Source: a virus
Virus record (IMG/VR): IMGVR_UViG_3300017644_000080
Direction: 5' to 3' (one strand)
DNA length: 64,000 nt
The notes under the pieces are model-generated. The model made no database searches and had not been told where the DNA came from. It worked only from the letters and a program-made list of their open reading frames with translations. Positions 10,138 through 18,073 of this stretch are shown piece after piece; the first letter of the stretch is position 1; every line of letters starts with the position of its first letter. A program made the translations under genes and the position numbers.

Positions 10138-10593
10138 GTGGCCGTAGAAATTGAACGCAAGTTCCTTGTGAAAGACGATAGCTGGAAGGCGCACGTCGTC
10201 AGTAGCTATCACATCATTCAGGGATATCTCGTTGGCGAGCCAACTCTTGCAGTCCGCCTTCGGATTATAGACGACAAGGAAGCCCTTCTGACGATCAAGG
10301 GCAAGGGCGAAGGCATCGCACGTCCTGAATACGAGTACCCAATCCCGCTCGAAGACGCCAAGGGAATGCTGGCAATGTGTGGCACACGCGTGCTTGAGAA
10401 GACGCGCCATCTGATCAATGCCAACGACGGCCTCAAGTGGGAAGTCGATGTGTTCGCTGGTCGGCGCGCTGGTCTCGTTCTTGCAGAGATCGAGTTACCA
10501 AGTCTCGACACCGAGATTGAGCTGCCTGAATGGGCGGGCGAAGACGTGAGCGAGGACCCTCGTTATTTTAACGCAGTGCTGGCATTCACGTGA
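10138..10593 (+). CDS. CYTH-domain protein (CyaB/thiamine-triphosphatase-like), 151 aa
   Basis: N-terminal EIERKFLV motif (ExExK signature of CYTH) and typical size. Confidence 0.75.
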   Translation: MAVEIERKFLVKDDSWKAHVVSSYHIIQGYLVGEPTLAVRLRIIDDKEALLTIKGKGEGIARPEYEYPIPLEDAKGMLAMCGTRVLEKTRHLINANDGLKWEVDVFAGRRAGLVLAEIELPSLDTEIELPEWAGEDVSEDPRYFNAVLAFT

Positions 10594-10675
10594 AGGCAGG
10601 ACAACCTTTAAGATAGGTTGCGAAGCCTTTGGCTGACGAAGGCGGAAGCCTGGCGGACAGGATGTAATGATGACG

Positions 10676-11485
10676 TCAGCCGTGCATTTGCATGGCTGGC
10701 CGATAATTGCCCAAAAACCTCATGCAACTGTCGTCGAAATCGCAATTTATGAACTCGATGAGATCGTCATAAAGATCGTCGTTGCTACCCTGCCAAGCGA
10801 AGTGAAAGCGATCCTGAACATAGCGCCTGTTATCGGATAGGAAGGTTGTGAGAGCCTCCAAATCTTCCTCGATGTCGCGCTCCTCCTCCACGCCATCCTC
10901 CACTGCTCTGCCCAGGGCGTTGAGTTTTTCTGACATCTGGCTTTCACTAAGGCCGTTATACGAGAACTGATATTCTCGGGCCATTCCGACACATAAGTTT
11001 TCGACATAAGCGACATCCGCCCCAACGGTTTTCAGAACGGTGTGCATGTCATCCAGACACTCGTCCGCGAATGCCCCAACGAGATGGACCTTTTTGCCTT
11101 TCAGACTATGGTGCCAAGGATCAATTTCGAGAATGTGTCCATCACCTTCGTCGTAATATGGACGGGTGGCGTCACACCACGTAATTCCACGGTTCTCTTC
11201 CGAAATCTGATCAGGATCATAGTCATATTGGTCTTTGGTCCAGCCATAACCGTACTCGAAGCGTCGGAACTGTATCCCTTCTGTCCTGCAAAATTCCTCA
11301 ATTCGCACTTGCTGCGACTCGACCTCATGTTCATCGAAGAAGGACATGATGACTTCGTCCAGGTCATCCTTATTATTGTCGAGGAAGTCCATAATTTTCG
11401 ACAATTCAGTATCGATGTCAGTGCCGAATTTCTTCAATCCGGCATCCCACATCTCCTCGAAGTGATGGATAACAAGAACCGCCAT
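10676..11485 (-). CDS. highly acidic hypothetical protein (269 aa)
   Basis: Asp/Glu-rich throughout; no catalytic motif recognised. Confidence 0.45.
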   Translation of the reverse strand: MAVLVIHHFEEMWDAGLKKFGTDIDTELSKIMDFLDNNKDDLDEVIMSFFDEHEVESQQVRIEEFCRTEGIQFRRFEYGYGWTKDQYDYDPDQISEENRGITWCDATRPYYDEGDGHILEIDPWHHSLKGKKVHLVGAFADECLDDMHTVLKTVGADVAYVENLCVGMAREYQFSYNGLSESQMSEKLNALGRAVEDGVEEERDIEEDLEALTTFLSDNRRYVQDRFHFAWQGSNDDLYDDLIEFINCDFDDSCMRFLGNYRPAMQMHG

Positions 11486-11494
11486 ATTGCCTCC

Positions 11495-12253
11495 TCACAT
11501 CGCCATGGCAGGCCTTCTCGAAAGCTCGCGGTGAGCAACGAGGCCAGCAGTGATGTCACGAACAAGCGGCGTATTCCGAAGCCTATCCAGGAAGAATTCT
11601 GGCTTAAGCAAGTAGCTTTCTTTTGGGTCCATTCTGAAGCTCAGGGAACCATCGTCAGCCATATCAAGGATGTAGCGCATGCGATTGAGCTTGTAGCCGT
11701 CGTTAAGCACGCCCATAGCGCCTTCAGGGTGAGCGTCGACTAGTGGGCAGATATATTTCTCTGCCTTGCTGCGGCTGCAGCTGTCGATGACGATGTCGAG
11801 ACGGATCAGGAGTTCGAGAGCGCTCTTTTCGCCAGGGTTGCTAATACGAGAATTGGCGTCGACCCACAGATGAGGGTAGCTCCCAGTCGCTTTATGAAAA
11901 TTCTCAAGGGAATGTTCTGCAACGTAAATATTCCCTTTATTCCAGTCACCATTATCGCGACGGTAATATCGGTACAAAAATGCTGGGCCACCCATAGTTA
12001 CGCCATAGGCCCCGTTACCCAGATCGACCTCTGAAAAACTACGATCATCATTTTGCTGGTAAAATGTGCGCCCTGATAGAACGTCTTCAATGCAGGCCGG
12101 AACCATTCTCATTCCCAATTCCCTTTTCATTTCTGCATGCCATGACCATTTTTTGTCACATATCAAACGAGGGTTCTGGCAAATTCCCACCAGCCATCTT
12201 AATCCATTGTTTGAACTAATTTCTGCATTCGACAAGCGATACATCTGAGGCAT
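11495..12253 (-). CDS. hypothetical protein (252 aa)
   Basis: ORF 9 nt upstream of the acidic protein on the same strand, likely co-transcribed. Confidence 0.45.
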   Translation of the reverse strand: MPQMYRLSNAEISSNNGLRWLVGICQNPRLICDKKWSWHAEMKRELGMRMVPACIEDVLSGRTFYQQNDDRSFSEVDLGNGAYGVTMGGPAFLYRYYRRDNGDWNKGNIYVAEHSLENFHKATGSYPHLWVDANSRISNPGEKSALELLIRLDIVIDSCSRSKAEKYICPLVDAHPEGAMGVLNDGYKLNRMRYILDMADDGSLSFRMDPKESYLLKPEFFLDRLRNTPLVRDITAGLVAHRELSRRPAMAM

Positions 12254-13125
12254 TGTTTTTCCGCGAGAGGCACCGTAAATACCACTCAGCCAACTCGGTT
12301 GGTGCTTTGAGGAGATTGTTTGTGCTGATATCTACGTTGTTCATGGTTTCTTCGCTTGTGCTGGTCACGCCAGACAACATGCAATTGCCTGTTCGTTCGG
12401 ACGGTCCTGATTTTCGGATCTTTGAAAGCTCAGGCCTCGCGACCGAAAATGCGAAGGCCTCGGCTCGCATGACCAAGGAATCGGTCCTTGAATGGTGCGA
12501 TGCCAATCGTCCCGAGGAAGACAAGGACGAATGCGTCGGCAACTATATGGTAGACACGGTCTACCAGGCATCCGCCAACTGCAAAACCGGACTTCTCACT
12601 GACACCGATGGCGAGCAGTACCAGTACCTCGGCAAGGAAACCAAAGATGCCAACTGGCTTGGATACCCAACCTTCAAGGATGCCAAGGGCAAGAAGGTTC
12701 CGATGTCGTATGCTGGCGGTGGCATAGGCGTAGCCGCAATGTGGTGGACGCTCTGCCCGAACGTCACGCCCTATGACATTCAGCCCCTGAAGACGAAGCT
12801 GGAGAAATCCGACTTCTCCAAGGACACCAAGTCCGGCACGCTCGATGGCAAAAAGGTGATCGTCGACTACGGCAAGGGCGTAATCTCAGACACTGGCAAC
12901 AACGTTCTGTTCCGTGGAACGATCATCAAGAACGGCCCAATCGTCGGCATCTTCTATAAGCAGGCGGAAGGTTGCGACGCAGTTCCCTACATCGTCGAAG
13001 GCCATACCAATACCGACCAGAAGCGCAGGAAGATTCTGTCGCTAGCGGGAGCCGAACCTGCGCTCGAAGGTTGCAAGGTAGTCGGCAAGAAAGAGAACTT
13101 CCAGATGACTGTGACGCTGAAGTAG
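12253..13125 (+). CDS. probable secreted hypothetical protein (290 aa)
   Basis: N-terminal hydrophobic stretch LFVLISTLFMVSSLVLV consistent with a signal or anchor; true start may be an internal Met. Confidence 0.45.
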   Translation: MFFRERHRKYHSANSVGALRRLFVLISTLFMVSSLVLVTPDNMQLPVRSDGPDFRIFESSGLATENAKASARMTKESVLEWCDANRPEEDKDECVGNYMVDTVYQASANCKTGLLTDTDGEQYQYLGKETKDANWLGYPTFKDAKGKKVPMSYAGGGIGVAAMWWTLCPNVTPYDIQPLKTKLEKSDFSKDTKSGTLDGKKVIVDYGKGVISDTGNNVLFRGTIIKNGPIVGIFYKQAEGCDAVPYIVEGHTNTDQKRRKILSLAGAEPALEGCKVVGKKENFQMTVTLK

Positions 13126-13140
13126 CGTTAGCCAGAACAC

Positions 13141-13172
13141 AAACGGGCACCAATTGGTGCCCGTTTCGTTTC
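13141..13172. terminator. rho-independent terminator between convergent genes
   Basis: AAACGGGCACC-aatt-GGTGCCCGTTT hairpin followed by a T-rich run. Confidence 0.6.
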
Positions 13173-13689
13173 AATCGCTCTGATCTTCCAATTCCGCTTC
13201 CTGTTGAGCCTCGATCAGCACCTTCCGCAGCTTCGGTGACATCATGCTGATCGAAGTGGCTTCAGCCTCTTTGATCCTGTCGCAAATCTCGGCATGCCCC
13301 TTCTCGGCTTCGTCCCAAGTCGAGTAGCGAGCGAGGAGGCCGTAATCATGCTGAAAGTCGAGTTTCTGCTGCTTATCCCCGAGTGCCTGGACCTGTCGCT
13401 CGAACACCATAGTCTCGAAGATATGCGGTGGACCATCGCGAAAAAGATTGTGATCCAAGGACAGGAAGACCGTTGAGATCGTTGAAACGGCCGTGCGTGT
13501 CAGCGCCACCTGCCGATTGGGAGCATCTATACCTTCACCTGGGCCGGGGAAACCTTCCACAGGGACCGCTTCACGCCCAACCAGCTTGTACCACCTGCCT
13601 AGCGGATTCTTATCGTCCATAATCATGTGCAGACCATAGCCGAAGGTTCTGGAGACGCAAAGAGCCTCCCGAAAGAGGCTCCATCGCAA
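13171..13689 (-). CDS. hypothetical protein (172 aa)
   Basis: ORF directly downstream (1 nt) of the 82-aa ORF; last gene of the MazG-like operon before the terminator. Confidence 0.45.
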   Translation of the reverse strand: MRWSLFREALCVSRTFGYGLHMIMDDKNPLGRWYKLVGREAVPVEGFPGPGEGIDAPNRQVALTRTAVSTISTVFLSLDHNLFRDGPPHIFETMVFERQVQALGDKQQKLDFQHDYGLLARYSTWDEAEKGHAEICDRIKEAEATSISMMSPKLRKVLIEAQQEAELEDQSD

Positions 13690-13938
13690 TCAGTTGGCGA
13701 CGGCCAAAGCGGCTAAGGTCTTCTCAAGAGGCTTCCAATGTGGACAAGTCCACTTCGACTTTCGCTCGCGGCCGCTCGGGAGAATTCCGAAATCGCATGA
13801 CGATGGATGATCGACATCGACTACGCAGCGCGACGGTTTTTCGCCCTCGTCGTATTCGACAAAGCACAGATGTCGAACTCCATTCTTGTAATCGGACTGA
13901 TCATCCGCATAAACTGTGCTCTTTAAATCTTCTTCCAT
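13690..13938 (-). CDS. small Cys-containing hypothetical protein (82 aa)
   Basis: Four spaced Cys (C..C...C..C) could form a small Zn-binding module; no family recognised. Confidence 0.3.
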   Translation of the reverse strand: MEEDLKSTVYADDQSDYKNGVRHLCFVEYDEGEKPSRCVVDVDHPSSCDFGILPSGRERKSKWTCPHWKPLEKTLAALAVAN

Positions 13939-13976
13939 AAACCGAACTCCTTTTAATTGCCTTAATTAAAGAAATT

Positions 13977-14540
13977 CTAATTATTGTCAATATTTTTTTG
14001 GCTACTGGAAATAGCAATAGAAAATCTCGGTTCCGCGATCCCCGTTCCGCAGGTCCACTCGTAACCCTTATATTTACGCGAGCTATATGAACCCACTTCG
14101 ACGCCGTCTATCTCAAGATCGTAGCCAATTCCAGTCGGAACGATGTCAGGAGATATTCCGGAAATTTCCGTCATAAATGTTCGAGCATCGAGAGCAATCT
14201 CGAAATCCCTGCCATCGTAGGCATTCGTATCAAACAGCTCGACCTTCATGAAATATGGATGATGCGTAGCGTCAAAAACAGGTTCCTTGCGGAAACAAGG
14301 CGTCAGAGACACGAACTTCCCCTGCCCCAGTGTGCCGTTCATCAGGGCATCGACAAACGACTGTTCCGCAGACCCGACCAAAAGACCAAGATCGCGCAGT
14401 TCATAGGCGCGGCCGAGATCATCCAGTGTCGACTGAATACCGTCAAGGCTCGCATGCCACGGGAGATTTACCCTCTTGTAGTCCCGCGCCTCATACCATT
14501 GAAGCGCGGCGACAAGATATTCCCAATTAACGGCGACCAT
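13977..14540 (-). CDS. mini class-II aminoacyl-tRNA-synthetase-like catalytic core (SerRS-like), ~187 aa
   Basis: LTPCFRKEP...HHPYFMKVELF resembles SerRS motif 2 (TPCFRSEAGS...HQFNKVELV, as in the SerRS in this same window); GTGIAEPRFSIAI resembles motif 3 (GSGVAVGRLLIAI); start taken at the internal Met MVAVN that overlaps the upstream gene's stop by 14 nt; the 54-codon N-terminal extension in the ORF track is read-through of the upstream gene. Confidence 0.4.
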   Translation of the reverse strand: MVAVNWEYLVAALQWYEARDYKRVNLPWHASLDGIQSTLDDLGRAYELRDLGLLVGSAEQSFVDALMNGTLGQGKFVSLTPCFRKEPVFDATHHPYFMKVELFDTNAYDGRDFEIALDARTFMTEISGISPDIVPTGIGYDLEIDGVEVGSYSSRKYKGYEWTCGTGIAEPRFSIAISSSQKNIDNN

Positions 14541-15345
14541 TCGCAAATGCCCTCGCAGTGACCGCTGCCATCTCGCGCAGGCTCTGAAGCGAGATCGATG
14601 GATGATGCTTATCGAGATAGGCTTCAATAGCGCCCTGAAGATCAGCCAGCTCCACCAGAGCCATGATATCCACGCCCTGATTGATCGCATCCATGAACTC
14701 ATTGACCTCTTCCATGATCTTCGAAGGCTCGCCTAGAACGCCCTTCTCGATCTCGGCCAGGTGATATCCCGGCTTCGACTTCTTCGGCAGGAGGTCAGTG
14801 ATGTAATCCCAAAGGGTGTCAGCATCGATCTTGCGCTCGAACGGACAAATAGACGGACCATTCACTTCGCGAATGACGTTCGCCAGATCCTTGATGATCG
14901 GGCCGCGCTCCAGATAGGTGATCGCCTTCGTGGCACGGATGCGGTGGAAACCAGTTTCAGCGAACTCGTAACTGGTGCCAGCGCTCATGTGATAGGTGCT
15001 GCCCTGACGCAGGAAGCCGCGTGCTACCGGAACAGGGTCTTTGCTATCGCCAGGCTTACAGGACACCTGAACGATCTCGTGGTCGCCTTCAGGCGAGTTT
15101 TCCAGAAACCACTCTTCATGGGTGATGTTGCCGAGGAGAATATGAGAGTGGAACCGATATCGATGATCGTGGAGTTCCTCTTCCGGCGTGTCGGCCAGCA
15201 ACTCAGGATGCCAGAAGTGAATTCGGGTGTCCTTGGTGAGTTTCAGCTGGATAAATCCGAGACCGAACCAGTGTGGTGAGGATCCGAAAGAACGCAGGTA
15301 GTCGACGTCCAGAAATTGATCCAGACGGCCGTTAAAAATGCCCAT
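14527..15345 (-). CDS. two-domain protein: N-terminal His-rich domain of unknown function + C-terminal MazG-like NTP pyrophosphohydrolase domain (272 aa)
   Basis: C-terminal EEVNEFMDAI ... ELADLQGAIEAY matches the all-alpha MazG/HisE pyrophosphohydrolase signature; N-terminal HFWHP...HDHRYRFHSH cluster suggests a metal site (cupin or oxygenase-like?) but no family recognised. Confidence 0.55.
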   Translation of the reverse strand: MGIFNGRLDQFLDVDYLRSFGSSPHWFGLGFIQLKLTKDTRIHFWHPELLADTPEEELHDHRYRFHSHILLGNITHEEWFLENSPEGDHEIVQVSCKPGDSKDPVPVARGFLRQGSTYHMSAGTSYEFAETGFHRIRATKAITYLERGPIIKDLANVIREVNGPSICPFERKIDADTLWDYITDLLPKKSKPGYHLAEIEKGVLGEPSKIMEEVNEFMDAINQGVDIMALVELADLQGAIEAYLDKHHPSISLQSLREMAAVTARAFANGRR

Positions 15346-15493
15346 AGCGAGACCTCTTTTTATTGGAATTCATGTCCTATGGGAGGACTTATTTTCTGGA
15401 TCGTCAACCTGATCTTCGGATTAATTATGCCAACAATATCTACAAAAAGGGCCTCAAGATTATCTCCGAGGCCCCAACTCTCAAAAATACAGT

Positions 15494-16072
15494 TCAATAC
15501 ATGCCATTGCCAAGGGACGCAGCAGCATATTCCTCACCTTCAGCACCATTTTGGGTCACTTCGTTGATCTGGGCGACCACGTCTGAGAAGAGACCGACAT
15601 TGTCCGTTTTCAGGGCTACTTCGAGATTGTTGTAGATTTGCTGAAGCATGTTGAGATTCGCTGCATCCGAATTATCCAAGCCAGCAACCTCAAGGTTATA
15701 AGGTGCAACGATGTTCAGGTTGTCTTTCACGTCCTGAATATGCTGCTTCATCGAAGCCGCAAGTTCGATAGCGCCGTTAACATCGCCGTCTTCCAGCATG
15801 TCACTGAGGTGCCAGTAATTTTCATTCAGTGTTGCGAACTCACCTTCGACAAGGTCGTTCCTCATATTTACGGATTGCTCGTAGGCAACAATGACCGGAT
15901 CATTTTGAAGATTCACAGTGGTTTCGCCGCTATTGACGTAGAGCGCGCCAGTGAGTGCGGCGGCTGTTACAGCGGCGGTGAAGAGCCTGTTCTCAGTGGC
16001 TTCGGCCATCCATTCAGACAGTTTTGACATGGTTTTCTCCCAATTCTCTGATGAATTATTGGGCACCGGCAT
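15494..16072 (-). CDS. probable exported protein, paralog A (MSKLxxWM family)
   Basis: Internal Met MSKLSEWMAEATENRLFTAAVTAAALTGALYV parallels the N-terminus of the protein at 16599-17129; hydrophobic signal-like segment. Confidence 0.45.
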   Translation of the reverse strand: MPVPNNSSENWEKTMSKLSEWMAEATENRLFTAAVTAAALTGALYVNSGETTVNLQNDPVIVAYEQSVNMRNDLVEGEFATLNENYWHLSDMLEDGDVNGAIELAASMKQHIQDVKDNLNIVAPYNLEVAGLDNSDAANLNMLQQIYNNLEVALKTDNVGLFSDVVAQINEVTQNGAEGEEYAAASLGNGMY

Positions 16073-16146
16073 GACACTAACAATGAAAAAATCGAGCTTG
16101 CTGGTTTGGGATATGCAGCCTACCTTTGAAAGTATAAAGGCGAGAA

Positions 16147-16533
16147 TTGTTTATGACTAGAATTGAACGTCTGTTGATTATATGTCTGCTGGTATCGCGC
16201 TCTATGGAAGTCGACAAAACGGTCGAATTCGTGGATGTGATTGAGAGCGGGTGCCTAGCGCACGAGCAGGATTCTATCCAGTACAAGAACAATCTTGTTG
16301 CGGCTGCAAAGACCGCTCCAATCGACGACAAATATGGTCCCATACTGATGCTCCTGCTTCAGGCGCACCAAATTGAGAGCACCATGGAGCTTCTTCAGAA
16401 GCATGAAGACCACCTCGACAAAATACTGGCGGCACTTCAGCAGCCCGCCCAAAACCGTATTGCTGAAAAGGTGCTCATAAAGAAGCTGTCCGACTTCGTG
16501 AAATTCCATCCTTCAGCCGAACAGGTCGTATAA
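16147..16533 (+). CDS. hypothetical protein (128 aa)
   Basis: ORF on the opposite strand between the two paralogs, followed by a terminator. Confidence 0.35.
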   Translation: MFMTRIERLLIICLLVSRSMEVDKTVEFVDVIESGCLAHEQDSIQYKNNLVAAAKTAPIDDKYGPILMLLLQAHQIESTMELLQKHEDHLDKILAALQQPAQNRIAEKVLIKKLSDFVKFHPSAEQVV

Positions 16534-16553
16534 GCAGCCTAATATTCTTGAAT

Positions 16554-16586
16554 GAAAAACCCGCCGATTGGCGGGTTCATTGTTTC
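16554..16586. terminator. rho-independent terminator (bidirectional position)
   Basis: AAAAACCCGCC-gatt-GGCGGGTT hairpin followed by cattgtttc; between convergent genes ending at 16533 and 16599. Confidence 0.65.
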
Positions 16587-16598
16587 AATGCAGAGGAT

Positions 16599-17129
16599 TC
16601 ACCGTCCCATGGAAGGCAACGGCTCCATCTCTTCCGAGATGTCAAATCGTTGCTTATCTTCCAAGGCGACATAGAGGTTCATCACGGCAGTTTCGATTTT
16701 GCCCTGGTCCTTTGATGCCAAGGCAGGCTCAAGAGCATCCAACGCCTGATAGAAGTCGACGTGAACACCATCAACTTTGGCCGTCATTTCGATCCCGTAC
16801 TGCATCGTCGCAGGCAAACGCGCTCCTACGTTACGGACATGCTCAAAGAAATCACGTCCGTATTTCCGAGCTTCCTCAGTTTTGCCCTGGAGAAGCATCG
16901 TACGAAGGCGGCTATAATGCGCTGGGAACATTCTGATCTGTTCCTGAGCCAGACTGTCAGCCTGTTCCATTGACGCAGCGACCTTAGCCAGTTCGGTTGG
17001 ATGATCAGTCATGCCCATGTAGTGCTTGACGCCATCGGTCGTGACATTAAGGGCCGCCAAAACACCAAGAGACATAACGAAGGTCTTGTTGGAGATTTCC
17101 TTTTCCATCCAGTCTTTTAATTTCGACAT
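16599..17129 (-). CDS. probable exported protein, paralog B (MSKLxxWM family), 176 aa
   Basis: MSKLKDWMEKEISNKTFVMSLGVLAALNV N-terminus is homologous to paralog A; similar length. Confidence 0.45.
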   Translation of the reverse strand: MSKLKDWMEKEISNKTFVMSLGVLAALNVTTDGVKHYMGMTDHPTELAKVAASMEQADSLAQEQIRMFPAHYSRLRTMLLQGKTEEARKYGRDFFEHVRNVGARLPATMQYGIEMTAKVDGVHVDFYQALDALEPALASKDQGKIETAVMNLYVALEDKQRFDISEEMEPLPSMGR

Positions 17130-17187
17130 CTGTTCCTCCTGAATGATTTAATCATATCAGGATCGAACATCGGCGCGCTTGAGACAA

Positions 17188-17997
17188 TCAGATTTCGATT
17201 ACTTTTCCGAACTCGAACCCTTCATTTTCAATGGCATAGCCGCGTGGATTGCAGACAATGCGTGTCTTGCCTACCATATAATCAAACTGCTGATGCACAT
17301 GACCATGCACCCAAAGATCAGGCTGTCGCCTCTCGATTAAATCCGACAAATCGGACACGAACGCCCCATTGGTAGCGTCACCTTCGAACTTCGGGTGAAG
17401 CGATTTCCGATGCGGAGCATGATGGCTCACCACAACTGTTTTGCCATCGTGCGGAACAGCCAAGGTGTCGTCGATGAAAGCCCTCGTTTCCTGATGCAGC
17501 TGCACGAGGTCAGCAGGCCTGATGTGACGTGGGATAACCCCGTCCCCTTTGGGTGTCTGCAGGTAGATGTTGACGTAGTCTGCCAACCCATTCTTTGCGG
17601 CCCACATGGCGCTCTTGATCGCGGTCTCACGCTCATCTCCAGAGGCTGGAGCATCGATTGCGAAGTCCGTCCACAACGTACCGCCCAGGAAACGCACACC
17701 ATCGATAACTGCGGCGCTATTGTCGAGGAAGGTCACACCCTGCGCGTTTGCGATGAGCTTGGCGTTCTTGCGGCCGCCTTCGATAGATGTGTCATAGAAC
17801 TCGTGATTGCCAGGCACCCAAACAACAGGCATTCGAGGCCGGATTACGTTGCCAACCCAATTGACCCCTAGATGCATGGAATCTGTGACGTCGCCAGCCA
17901 ACACGCAAACATCGGCTTGCGGGTATCGATCCGGCTTCACGAGCTTAATCGCATCGCTCTCGGGAATATGTAAGTCGGACAAAATCCAAATACGCAT
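17188..17997 (-). CDS. calcineurin-like metallophosphoesterase (269 aa), paralog of 3020-3817
   Basis: ILSDLHIPE, AGDVTD, PGNHEFY, HGHVH motifs; N-terminus MRIWILSDLH closely parallels MKLWPLSDLH of the first copy. Confidence 0.8.
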   Translation of the reverse strand: MRIWILSDLHIPESDAIKLVKPDRYPQADVCVLAGDVTDSMHLGVNWVGNVIRPRMPVVWVPGNHEFYDTSIEGGRKNAKLIANAQGVTFLDNSAAVIDGVRFLGGTLWTDFAIDAPASGDERETAIKSAMWAAKNGLADYVNIYLQTPKGDGVIPRHIRPADLVQLHQETRAFIDDTLAVPHDGKTVVVSHHAPHRKSLHPKFEGDATNGAFVSDLSDLIERRQPDLWVHGHVHQQFDYMVGKTRIVCNPRGYAIENEGFEFGKVIEI

Positions 17998-18073
17998 TCG
18001 TTATGCATACTCGGCTGATGATCTGCCGTCAATCATTCAAAAAAAAATACGAAAATAATGTTGACAATTAATT

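Noticed and set aside
14541-14702. 54-codon N-terminal extension of the aaRS-like ORF (MSSWMRSIRAWISWLWW...)
   Set aside because: Trp/Arg-rich nonsense-like sequence read through the 3' end of the MazG-like gene in another frame. The internal Met (MVAVN) gives the usual overlapping stop/start coupling.
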